A stretch of 64,000 bases of DNA from Camelus dromedarius (Eukaryota), in NCBI RefSeq assembly GCF_036321535.1, contig NC_087437.1, positions 56,174,001 through 56,238,000 of the forward strand, in the 5' to 3' direction. The position numbers were made by a program, and so were the translations under genes. Below the pieces are notes generated by a model. The model did not search any database, had not been told where the DNA came from, and saw only the letters and a program-made list of their open reading frames with translations. Shown one piece after another: positions 26,781 through 39,172 of this stretch. Numbering within the stretch: position 1 is the first letter of the stretch; every line of letters starts with the position of its first letter.

Positions 26781-27680
26781 TTACTGGTAAAATTTTAGCC
26801 TATTGACCTCCAGCAGTTTCTGCCCCTATGTGGTAAATCTTATGGGATGGGTTCCAACACAATCATCGCGGTACGTGTCCTCCTATGCGTGGGTGATCAT
26901 CACAAAGAGAAACACACCTTCTCTCTCCAACCACTAGAGTTTTCATCCATTCATCTTAGCACTTAACAAACAATAATTACAGCCTAACATCCTGATCCTA
27001 AATGTAGTTATTAGCCTCTAAAGATGTGAATACAATGAGACAAGGAGCCTTGTTCTGATCAAACAGTGTCATTAAGTGAGAGCCCAGAGTCAGCTCTTTA
27101 ACTTCCACAACTTGCAGTATTAAGAAGGAAGACTTTTGTAAAGTTAATTTTATGGTTGAGATGAAACACAGAATTTCAAAGTGGTAACTTATCATTTTCA
27201 TAAATAGACTGTTTTCCATAAATAAGATTAATAAACTGTTAGAAATGAAGTGTTATTTATTAACCTCTACAGAAGATACTATTTTTTCGATCAATCATAA
27301 GCTGTGTTCAGTTACAAATAGTCACAATTAAGTATTATAAGTATCAGAATACACTTCAAAATGAAATTTCAAATATATTGGTATCTTTATTAATAATATT
27401 TTTTAAATATGGAAAAACATACATTTTGGCATACATTTGAAAAGCACACATCTTGGAACTTTTCTACCTTGAAGTTCATTTTGTCATTAATATAGGCTGT
27501 TAGAGCAAGTATCAAACTTAGTTTAACTGAGTTACAGGCCATTCAAATTATTTCAAATTTGACAGAAAATTGCATAAAATTCTGGATGGCAAATCTGGAA
27601 GCTATAGCACGACCCAGACTATGCAGAACATAACAAGGGTATCTTCTCAGAGAGCAAACTATACGCGTGAACAGCATTAC

Positions 27681-27765
27681 CTGGCATTGACCGGGGTCAT
27701 GGGGTCATAGAATTCCTGAACAATTCTATTGCCATACCACGCTGTGGCGACTAAAAAGGCCAGAC
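27681..27765 (-). CDS. CLDN1: Claudin-1 coding exon 3 (aa 130-158; TM3 and ECL2)
   Basis: Acceptor TTTCTGTTAG|, donor AG|GTAATG, 85 nt. Encodes [28 protein letters not shown]. Translated by hand; not in the ORF track. Confidence 0.98.
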
Positions 27766-30021
27766 CTAACAGAAATTCAAAACAAAAGACTGTTAATCAC
27801 CATGGAATGTGGAGCATAAATATACGGCTCATTACATGTATAAGTATTTTACTAGAATTAACTCTCATCAATAGTCCTGACATTTTTAATTTAGTCCATT
27901 TTAATTCAGACGACTTTAGGGAGACTAGTGGTTCAGGCATGATTTATCCTAAATATTCTCTTAAGACAGACAAAATATTAGGTTGGAGTTAGGCATAGCT
28001 TATACTCTTCATGTCATCTTATTCACTTACAGTTCAAGGTCATCGGCATAAGTAACACTTTTTGGGGAACAGTTCAGCAGGTTCATGTCATTTAAGATCT
28101 CTCTCAAATACAGCGCTATACGTTAGTGCACTTGACTACTTTGGATAAAGTCGAAGTCCTTATTAGTATAGCCAGTCCCATAGAAAAGGGAAGATGAAAA
28201 CTCTTCTACATTCTTCTTGGCCAAGACTCAAAATTTACACTTCTGAAGGATCAAATCAAAGTAAAGATTCCAAGGTAGCAGGAAGGAGCAGGACCTATCT
28301 CAGAGTGGGCCAGATCGCCTAAATTCCTACGGCCCACTGGCCAGACGTGCTAGGGGTTGCCTTGAGATTCGCTGACCACATCAGATCGACACAGACAGTA
28401 CACTCCCAATTTCTCCTGCCTTTCATATTTCAGTAATAGAGAAACTGTATAGTCAAAGTAATCCAGTCTATCACTTATAAGAAGCATACAACACCTCAAT
28501 TTTTCTTATCCAAAGAAACTAAATAATTCTTTTTATAGTAATTCTAAAAATTCATCAATTTAGACAGATTAAAAGTTTCTATGCTACCCCTCCTTCCCCC
28601 TTCCTCCCACAGAAAAGTGGTGCAATCTAATTGCCTCTAAATACTCGGGAGAAAACACTCCTGCTTTTGGCTGCTCAAATAGATCTTGAGAATGCTCTGG
28701 AACTTGTAACCCTCCCTCGCTAGGAAGTCCCAGAAACTGAAGTGGGAGTGATGGGTGAGACTTACAAGAGACAAGCAAAAGAAAGGGTCTACACAGTAAC
28801 TTTTATTCATAGCCTTTGATGTAAAATCAAACTGTTGGGAATAAAATGCTATCCATGCTTTTCCTGATAGGAGCAATTTGAATAAACTAAAAGCCCGGTC
28901 ATGTTAAACTAACCAAGACTTTAGCAAACCCACACGTACTCCTACATTACTGATGAGATCCACATACATGCTGGGAGCAGGACCCCTCCTAAGGTCTCTT
29001 GTTAAAAATAAAATGAGAGAAGAAAGTCTAATTCTAGTGGTAGAATTTTCTAGTGGTAGATTATATCATTGGTGTCATTTTCAAAAATAATAGACTACTA
29101 TATATACTTTATATAGTATATATAATAGTCTATTTCAAAGTGATAGGCCACTACTTATAGTATATGACACATATGCTATAGCTAATACATAGTAATATAG
29201 CCTACTGCTTTATACACACACAATTTTACACCCACACTGTCTTATTTAATGTAAACCTCATTGTAAGGCTTTACAAACAAAGGCTCGATGTCTTCCTCCG
29301 GCTCTCATTTTCTCGAAGGTCACAGATCTTAACTCTTTAATCAACATGTGAATAAAACAATAAATACATAATGATTTTCTATGGAAGAGACAACCTCATT
29401 CTTTTATCAAGGTTTTTCTCAAGACCTTGTTGTATTATTTTCTTTCCGAACTCATTTACTTTCATTTCTTAGGATTCCAACGCTCCACCTCCACTCCAAT
29501 TGGCATTTCTCTCCAATGATGGATAGGTGGCGGCATGTTTGTTCTGGAAACAGACCTGCCCACGTGGAATGATGTCCTCATCTTCCTCCAATAACCCCAG
29601 CCCCGTCCATTCTCCACACACCTGCATGGCTGACACATTCTTCATGTTCTCTCTCAGTATCCCCCATCTTTTCCACACGGTGTCTGCAGGGACACTATGG
29701 AAATTCTCTACATTATATAGAATTGCTCCTTAGTGTGTGCTAGGTAACAAATCTCACTCTTTGCCTGGAGAAACCGGTTCTAACAAACCAGTTGGTACCT
29801 GAAACTTCAGGGAATAGACCTGTCCATTATGGGCAGCAATCTCAAATTTTCGTGTAAAAGTCAACTGGACTTATGGTTTTCTGTCTTCAGATTTTAAAGG
29901 AATTGAATTAAATCGATCCAAGTGCAACAAATCCAGTGTAATCTAAGGAAACCAAAAACTAGATCTTAAACCATTCCAGAGAGAGTTTAATAAGGCCAAT
30001 AGGGGACAGGACTGCTCTTAC

Positions 30022-30186
30022 CTGAAATAAGAAATATCACGCCCCCAATGACAGCCATCCGCATCTTCTGCACCTCATCATCTTCCAGGCACTTCATACA
30101 CTTCATGCCAACAGTGGCCACACAAATGGCTATCAGTCCCAGCAGGATGCCAATCACCATCAAGGCGCGGGTTGCTTGCAAAGTAC
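30022..30186 (-). CDS. CLDN1: Claudin-1 coding exon 2 (aa 75-130; TM2, intracellular loop, start of TM3)
   Basis: Acceptor TTTTCTGCCAG|, donor G|GTAAGA, 165 nt, phase-compatible with exon 1. Encodes [55 protein letters not shown]. Confidence 0.99.
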
Positions 30187-32069
30187 CTGGCAGAAAACAT
30201 TTTAGAATGTGTAAAAATCATGTCTAGACCAACAAGAGAAGAGTTGTAGAGGACCAAGCATATTTCAGTGTTGTATGGAAGAGAGACAAAGTAACTAGGA
30301 ATCAAGAGATCCCAGTCCTAGTGATCTTTTTTTTTTTTTTTTTTTGCAGGTAATCAACATAGTTTCTTCTCCAGAGAAACAAACGCCTGAATGATGAGTA
30401 AGAATCCTTGCAGCTCTAGCACTTTGTGTTTTCAACATTCAGTTTAAAATCCTCTGACTAAATGATCACTGATCTAGTTGAGTAGGTTTAGCTGAACTAA
30501 TACATTTTTAATCCTTAACAATGGAGTATTTTAAATTTGAAATAACAATCATGTGTGCCATCTTCAATGTTAAAACATTTATAATTAAAACAGTTTACAA
30601 TATATCTTGGTAATAGTCAATAGCTTTATACTCCAGTCATCAAGCTGCAGAGAACCTGGGTGGGTGAAAACAGAAGACAAGAAATGAATTTCTGATACAT
30701 TATCATGGCTGGATAAGGAACACTTGTATCTCCAGTGACGAGTGTGGGTTGGGGGATGTGCGTACTATTTCCTTAGAACAAAACAGAATACCGTTTAAGA
30801 CGTTATTTTGGAACATAGTAGATTTATGTTCAGAGAGATCACCAGATTTAAAACTATTCAAACTGTCATGTTGTAAAACAGCAGAAAATAATTGAATGTA
30901 GTATTTCTCAGGATTCCACTAATTTTCAAATTCCCTGCTGTTGTCATTGGTGTACTAAGTCATGATTAAATAAATAGGGTCAGATTGAGAGCCTATGCCA
31001 GTAAAGTTCTTAAAAAAGTGAAAACCTGATACCATCCCTGTGGCATAAAGGCACAGACTTTCAAAGAAAAATGAGAAATAATAGTTGGATGAGTTTGATG
31101 ATGTCCAGATTTATTTCCTCCTTCAAATGAAGATCATTATTTCATTGACAGTGCTAACACGTGACAAGCATTTTTGCATGTATAAATATTATTTACACTG
31201 CAAGCAAACATGCTATCTTGGGCAAGCTACTTATTATTCTTTGGGGCCATGCTTTTACTATGTAAAGTGTGAATGATGATATCTCTAACCAGGAAGTTTG
31301 AACAATTGACTTCCTGATGGTTTTCAAAAGGGGTGGATAAGATGGAGCTTCTATGTCTCACTATCTAATTTAGACCTAGGCTCAGCTTCAGTGTTTTCTA
31401 AGGTTGAAAACTTAGGTTACAAATCATAACTAACACTAAAGATTTTTAGAACATCATTCAATTTGAATTTGTTAATATTTCCACCCTTTCCATTGCCAGA
31501 CAATCTGTGATAACACTTTCTGAGAAGTATCCAAGGCTTCTTTTACAGTAATTTGAGAGATATTTTGAAAGCCACAATAAATTTTTACTTGATTTAATTA
31601 AAAGGCAAACCACAGACACTCCCCTGCTCCCCTTACAGATCCACTTTCCCATAAATGTGCGTGGGCAAATGGGCACCTACCCATACACTCATCGTAAGAT
31701 CCCAGGGTGGTACAAGAACTCCTGAATCAAAACACGGTGTCATGGACCATGGGGTTACCAGATATTACAGCTGCAAATAAGATTATTGTGAAACTTCTTC
31801 CTTGGAATCATAAACCACACTGGGACATCCAGAGGAAAGCCCCACGGTCTCCGTTGCTGTGGTGCCTCCTGCGTTCTGATTTACTAGCAGTTTTTGCAAA
31901 GACAATCATTACTTAGAAGGAAAATGAAAAACAAAATAATTTAGCTCTTAGACATAATGCAGGTTGCAGATTGGTCCTAAGTTCCACTCAGAAGGAAAGC
32001 ATTTCAGGCAAAGGAACACTGGAAGAGGAGACGCTGAAGGTAACAAAGATAATCCATGTGACTGGAGGT

Positions 32070-32180
32070 AAGGGTGATCACTTGTCCGTTTGCCTGGGAC
32101 TCTCTCAGTATTAAAACTATGAGTCCTGCCTCCTGAGAAGGCCCTCAATCCCGGACAAACTGGGGTCACTAATCACTCTA
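32070..32180 (+). mobile_element. MER81-like hAT-Blackjack MITE with 8-bp TSD
   Basis: TIRs aagggtgatca ... taatcactcta, length ~111 bp. TSD ctggaggt (32062-32069) / ctagagga (32181-32188). Confidence 0.75.
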
Positions 32181-35100
32181 CTAGAGGACGATAGGATGTG
32201 GAAAGTAAGAAGAGGTGGGTTTAGCAAGGTAGGCAGAAGGCATCTATCATGTAGGGCCTTGCAAGCTGGGGGTAGGGGTTTGGAATTTATTCTAAATGTA
32301 ATCAGAAGTCATTGGAGACTCTTAAAGAAGGGGAGAGAGGATTTTTATGCTGTCTTCCTATGACAGCCCTTTAAATATATATAGCCTCTTACATCTCTCA
32401 ACCACCTTCTGCTTTGTTTACCCATAAAGCTCACTTTTCCAACCCTTTATTCATCACTTTTTGTTGCTTTCTCTGTTGACCTCCAAGTTTTCCACTTTGT
32501 TGGAGTTGGAGGGCCCCAAACCAGACTCAGCTTCGATAATAATCTTTCTGATCTGTACTTCACGTAAGAACAGCAGGCCACCAGCCCAGCAGGTCTGAGC
32601 ACTCCGATCGCAAGGAGTCTGCTGGCCTCAACCTCCTGAGTCAGCCGTGTGTAAAACCACGCGGGCAGGGAGCACACGCGGATCCACCCCTCTAGGGCTC
32701 CACCTGCACTCGCCTGGAGTGAGCTCACCCCGACAGTCCCCATCTCTAAGTGTGTTCCCCTTCCAGTGCTCAAAGGAAACACATTGAGTTCCATGCCATA
32801 CCCATTTTACTCTTCCCACGATTTCTACAAAGTTTCTAAGGAGGAGGGAACAGATAATTTGATCTGTTGGCTACAAACTATAGTATGTTTTCTTTCTTTA
32901 TGGGATAATGTATCATTTGCATAGTACACACAAAATAATGGGGCAAATGGGGGGAAAAACCCTATACTTAGGAATTATACAAACTATATAGAGCAAGGGG
33001 ATCATGTTTCATTTTTAAAAATCTGATAAAGCAATAATTCTCTTCTGCAAAGCAATATTTTTTCATTTATATCCTGGCATCCATTGGCTTAGGAAATGTC
33101 TTACAAGTTTACAATACTAGATGGGGATCAAACACAAAGTCTCATCTTGCATCACTGGAACTATTTGGGTGAATTCTTAACTATAGTGATATGTGGAGGG
33201 AAAATGTAAAAATACAAAAAAAAAAAAAAAACAGGCTGAGAATCCTAACGGTATGAAAACTCACTAGTTGGGCATATATGTAACAGTGGATTGCAACTGC
33301 AAGTAAGCAAGTGTTGTGTTACAGTAACGAGAATTTAATGTGTGGATAGAATGTAAATTGCACAGTCTTAAGCTGGAACCAGATGAATCCTTCACATTAA
33401 GGTCTTACGGAAGCCTTCGAAGTCAGAGATCTAGAATATGTAATTGTGAGCTCCTTGATGACGTGGGCCAAGTACTTGTTCATGTTTCCAGCCACAGCAC
33501 TAAGAACCATGCCTGGCAAGCTTCCTGGATTATTTGATCTGTGTTCCATGAATTTAAATTCGAGCAGGTTTTTTCCTTTAAAAAATTCTACTAATACGAT
33601 AGGTAAAAATACTCTCTTGTGTTAAGCTTAATCTTTGAAATAATACTGAGAAACACCTGCCTAGGAAGCCTAAGAATAATAAAAATTTGCTACCTAAAAC
33701 CAGACTTAGTTTAGATCATTAAAAGCTAGAAATTCACCTGGGGAGAAATCAAGTTCAGACTTTTAGTTGAACCCAATCTGTTTTTTCATTTTTTTCTAAA
33801 ATCTTAAATTATGCATCTAATTTTATAAGATAAAATTTTCCAGGTAGAACAGTAATTGTCAGGGCAGATAAATTGAGAAATGTTTGAAAACTACAAAATA
33901 TTTTAGACCAGAGAGATATAGCCTTCAGCTGTTAACTCTGAGCTGGTCTGATTGGATCAAATCCTAGAAGCAAATATGCTCCTTTCTGGCCCATTAATTT
34001 GCAGATACCTCTACAATATTATTACCACTGACTAAAATTGTCCGTGGAGAACATGGTTAGCAAACATTCAGAAAGTTACACTACTGTTTCTCATCATTAC
34101 TCAGCAGTACAGCGAGAAGGCAGTCTTTTAATTATACTTAGCTAGAATGATAATCTTGAGATTAAAGACTCCCTAAGGAGTTCTTGCCACTTGCAACTTG
34201 AAAGTACAATTTGAAAACATTCTTACAAAGATCTCTACTTATAAGACAAGAAATGAGTTAGAAGTTACTGACCTACTCCAGTGAGGGTAATCAACATAAG
34301 TGTAGAAGGACAAGCATAGACAAGTCAGTGGATTGTTTTTTCTGAAGTTTTTTTTTTTTTTTTTCTGAAGTCTTACTATACAAGCAGCAGAATCGCCTTT
34401 AAATACCTGACACTGTTCAAGCCATTTACTAGCCACACTACTCCATCATTACCTTCTGGGCTCTGTATCACAAGCAAGGTCGATTTTAATTATATCTGCA
34501 TCTTCACATAGTCCCTCTTTGCATCAGTAGTTGCTTAGTAAGTATTAGGCAAATAAATGGACTACCCACTGCATGACTAGAGCAAAAACCCTCTTTTTCT
34601 CCTCTGCATTTAAATGAGCTCATCACAGAGTGTCAGAACTATACTCTCAGCTTTTTCACTTATTAAATATTTCACTTTTACTCAAGTTCAAAGCTTCTCA
34701 AGAGTCCTCATTGTTAGTATTTCCATTTTATGGATGCATGAACTGGTGGCCACTGGGTGTGACCTCAGGACACCAGCGGAGTCGGTAACTGAAGTGTCGG
34801 GGATGAGGCAGGACTTAGCACTTTTCTGGATGTCCCGAGCAGTCTTGCTCTCGTCTTTTGTTTCCTAGAGGAACTGTCTCATGATTAAATGTTTTCTTCT
34901 TTGTTCCTTCTATGCTACTTACTCATCACTCCCATCAAGGAAACCTAAACTATGCCACTTGCCTGTTTTCCTTCCATCACTGGAGTTATAACAAAGAATG
35001 TTTGCACTGGAAGGAATCAACCTTGGCACCTTATCAATCATCTGAGCTGCATCCCGAGAAGCAAGGATAGGGCCTGGCTCATGCTTGTTGAATGGATGAA

Positions 35101-37300
35101 TGAATCATGGATTCACCTCCCCAGTCCTCCCACTCTGCCCTATTTTGTAAGTGGGGAAACTACAGCCCAGAGAGACTGAGTGGCTCACCATGACACACAT
35201 GGCTAGTTAGTGCAAAACCAGAGTAAGAACTGAGAACTTCTGATCTCAAGCCTGAGTTTGGGTTTTGACTTTCATCATTCCCAGAGTCAGAACTAATGCT
35301 TAAAACAGTTCTGAACACCAGTGGCCCCTTGAACACCCTTGGTTTAACAGGGAAGTGTAAGTGGGTGCCCTCCTCTCTGCCTATGCTTCAAAGACTGTAC
35401 AAGTCAGTGATTTTTGTCTCTTTGAGTGAGCTGACATCATGGTGAGAGTGCTGGGAAACTTCACTGACAACCAGTACTCATTAAAGCACACCTACACACA
35501 TGTGGATTCATGCAAAGCGAGTTGAACAGGCTAGAGGAGCTTACAAACAAATTACAGAATCCTAAGGTTAGATGAGACTTAGAGAGACTCTGGCTTAACC
35601 TCCCATTTGTCTGGGGCTTGGATTTTCCCTACAACATTCCTTCAGAATGCTTACTTATTTCTCTGCTTGTACACCTCCCACCATGCAACCCAATGTTTGG
35701 ACAGCTCTAGCCATTAAAGTCAAGCCAGAAGAAGCAATTAACTAAGCACATAAAATAGGCACTAGCTTGCCAAAAGTTTGAGAACTGGATCAAAACAAGG
35801 CAAGACGTACAGTTTAATCAAGAAAAGTCTACTGCAACTCAGTCTGGCACTCTTTTTTGGATATTCCAACCAGCAGCTGCAGGAGTCATCAATGTCAATA
35901 AACATCACATACTTGGATAGAAGTGTCTTTATTGTCTCGGCCGTAGTAAAACCACAATAGACAGTTTCCCCAGGCAGTTCCTCCCTTGTATTTTCAAAAA
36001 CTGCTCTGCAAGAACCACCTAAGAGAAGTTTATATTGGTGTCAGTACACTGCATCCCTTTAGACGCCCGTCATGTGCTTTTTTTTTAGCTGACATTAGTT
36101 AGAGCAGGGGAACAAGGGCTTTTAACACGGCTAGTGCTACAACCTTGACAAATCTTGGAAGCTCGGCCCTAAGTTGTCAAGTGGGCTCCACTGGCAAAGA
36201 GAACAAGACACAATTTCAAGAAACTTCTAACTAAGCTATTCACCTAAAAGTACTTTGTAGAATGCAGCCTTTTACAAGGAACAGTACTTATATGTACAGC
36301 TAATCCTATTCACCTCTAGATGTCACAGAACTAAACCAAAACCAACCAATGATTCACCTCTCTGGGTCTCTGCATCACGTGGGCGTGAGCACAGCTGTCC
36401 AGGTGGAGAAAGGGAGACAGGTAGGTTCTCTGGGCTCCATCCAAAGGCATCTAGTGAGTCACTGGCAGGTTGGGGAGGGTACATGTGAGTCAAGGCTCCC
36501 TCTTTTGGGAATCAGTTTTGAGAGGAGAGCCTCAGCCCCACCTTGGATGAACCCTGGCTTTAGCCAAAAAGAAAAGAAGAATTTGATTTGGAGTTAAAAA
36601 AATTCATCAAGAATAAATTTCCAAAATGTGTACGGGGGGAAAAGGGAGGTACTATTTAGTTATTCCACCACAGCTTTAAAAACTGTAAGAGCTATATTAA
36701 CTAAAATTAAGTGAAAATAAAACATTTAACACATCATGAGTAGGGATGACCTGTCTGAGTATTTACAACATGGATCAGTCTGATTTCATCTGGTCATTTA
36801 AGGAAGTCAAAAGGACACCTATTTAAACATGTTGAAGATGAACTATTTAGCTCAGAGAAATCAGAGACCTCTCTGGAATTGCCCTTAGAACCATTTCCAT
36901 CTGCCAGTCCCTCAATATGACACCCCAAACGCCTGACATAATTTTTACATCTATTTATCTTTCCACAGGGGGATTCAATGATTATATAAAGGAGAATGCC
37001 TAATATACTCCTTATATTTGGCATCAAGGAATCCTAACATGGGAACTTCGAAAAGCTGAAATGACAACGCTAAAAACCACCATGTGTACATTGACTAAGC
37101 AAATTCCACAGATACTCAAGAGGGTTCAACAGATTGCAACAGATTTAATAACTAAAGTGTGTGGCTTTTGACAAAACCACATGCAGGAAACAGACAAAGC
37201 AAGTGAAGTAAACCTGAGGGGTGACAACACTGCTCGCCGTCAGCACATAAAGGGGCTGCTGGGCGGCTTGTTCATCTAGGTGAAGACTAAGGAAGTTTTT

Positions 37301-37469
37301 TGTTGTTGTTGAAGTGGGGAGGTAATTAGGTTTATTTATAAGTATTTTATTTTATTTATTTTTTTCCTTTTTTTTTTTTTTTGGTTATTGGTGGAGGTAC
37401 TGGGGATTGAACCCAGGACTTTGCACATGTTAGGCAGGCACTCTACCACTGAGCTATACCTTCCTCCCT
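37301..37469 (-). mobile_element. tRNA-derived SINE (Vic-1-like) in CLDN1 intron 1, sense to the gene
   Basis: Minus strand has GTATAGCTCAGTGGTAGAGTG...GTCCTGGGTTCAATCCCCAGTACCTCC plus an A-rich tail. Flanking aggaag(t/c)tttt TSD at 37290-37300 and 37470-37480. Confidence 0.88.
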
Positions 37470-38656
37470 AGGAAGCTTTTCTTCAAGTTAGTTCAAGAGC
37501 ATGACAGACACAAGGTTCAGGACAACTAACGTAATAGCTCAAAGAAGATACTCTAGCCACGAATTGTTATTACTCAAGTAAGTGGGAATTTAATGAGTTT
37601 TTGACAAGACACTCAAAAGCTTTTATTTAAAAAAAAATAATAAAAGGAAAAAATGCCATCCTGTCATCCTTCTCCCCCCCATCCATCCTTAGGACTATTT
37701 CTTTCTATATAATCCTTTCCAACGTGACAGAGGTAAGCTAGCACCTGCCGCACAGAAACTCCTTTCCAGAAGAAAGAGACTTGAGAAGACCTGCCCTCTC
37801 TCTCCTGACCTCTGCACTCATCAGCTGAGGCATTTGTCTCCAGTGCTTTCACTCACCCCTTCATATTATGAAGGGAGGTCATCTAGAACTTTTCTTTCTT
37901 GTCATCCTTTTTTTACCTGCCACCAATCTTCACTTTCTAAAATAGCACTACACAGTCTGTCTCCTCTGAAAACCCCTGGCTTTAAAGCTAAACTCTTCTG
38001 GGGAATCTTAAGAGGCTTCTTCAAGGAGTCACAAAAGGAGATGTATAGGGGCCTCCCCCACACTTACTGGATCTTAAAATTCAAGAGAATCAAAAGATTC
38101 AGACTCAAGTGTGAGTTGAAGACACTAGGTTGGGAAATTCCATGTAGGAAGGTGAATTTTCCCTATGAAAACTGATAGTAAAGACAGAGTAAAAAACGTA
38201 TCTAGTAACTTTGGGATTATCTATTTAATTTTACAAATTTGACAAGCTACCAAGCTCTGGACTTTCCAAGGCATAGCATAATCTCATCCCAACACTACAA
38301 TTGACACAGAATCTTAGACTGTCCAAGGGAGGCCTAAGAGCTCAAGTTCAGGTTTGGCCTTCACTTGCTCACTTGTCACCCCATCCCCATGGACATGTCA
38401 GATGAAACCACACACCGAGGAGCCGAGCGTCACCCAGGGAGCTCGAGAAAACCTTAGGACTGGGCTGCCCTTTCCCCAAACCACGGTCCCCTCCGCTTCC
38501 TCGGGACAGAGCACACGATCAATAGACTTGATCCACGTAAGGTTTACAGCCATGTCATCACACAACGAATTGGCTGTTAGCCACTAGTCCCAAAGTGAAG
38601 CCACTGAGGGGTTGGGGTCCCTGGGTCACAGCCGTGGGAGTGGGGAATGCACTTAC

Positions 38657-38879
38657 TGTGTAGATTCAGCAAGGAGTCGAAGACTTTGCACTGGATCTGC
38701 CCGGTGCTCTGCGACACGCAGGACATCCACAGTCCCTCGTAGATGGCCTGGGCTGTTACGATGTTGTCGCTGGCGTAGGAGTAAATCTTCCACTGGGGCA
38801 GCGCCGTGCTGACGATGGCGCCGATCCAGCCCAGGAAGGCCAGGATGAAGCCCAGCAGCTGCAGCCCCGCGTTGGCCAT
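38657..38879 (-). CDS. CLDN1: Claudin-1 coding exon 1 (aa 1-74 + 1 nt; TM1 and ECL1)
   Basis: Translates to [20 protein letters not shown]...W30...GLW(49-51)..C54...C64, the claudin signature. ATG is in a good Kozak context (GAACCATGG) and the exon ends at donor A|GTAAGT (GT at 38656-38655). Length 223 nt. Confidence 0.99.
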
Positions 38880-39097
38880 GGTTCGCTTGGCGCCCGCGCA
38901 GGCTCAGGGGCGGCAGGTGCACAGGGCGGAGTTGGCAGGTGCGCACGGAGGACTCCCGGGGATAGCGGAGCGGCGCCGAGGAAGTTATCGCGCGGAGCCC
39001 TGCTCCCTGCGCCGCCGCTGGAGAAACTCTGGGTCCGGGTCCGGGTCGGCACCAGAGTCGAGAGTCGAGAAGCTTTAGCTGCTCCCGGGCCAGGACT
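38880..39097 (-). other. CLDN1: CLDN1 5'UTR (predicted, ~218 nt, no upstream ATG)
   Basis: Runs from Inr-like CTCAGTCC (A at 39097) to the ATG. GC-rich and similar to the recalled human CLDN1 5'UTR. Confidence 0.75.
38907..38942. promoter_or_regulatory. Two Snail/Slug/ZEB-type E-boxes interleaved with two GC boxes
   Basis: CAGGTG at 38914-38919 and 38936-38941, both in GGCAGGTGC context. GGGGCGG at 38907-38913 and GGGCGG at 38924-38929. Confidence 0.6.
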
Positions 39098-39131
39098 GAG
39101 ATGCGGACCCGCTGGGCGCGGCGATTTAAAG
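39091..39131 (-). promoter_or_regulatory. CLDN1 core promoter: TATA-like TTTAAA (39130-39125) and Inr (TSS ~39097)
   Basis: The only AT-rich patch in the proximal promoter (CTTTAAAT), located ~30 nt upstream of the YYANWYY match TCAGTCC. Confidence 0.7.
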
Positions 39132-39172
39132 CAGCTCCACCCCCTCGCCGGGCACGGCCCGGCTGCCTCAGA

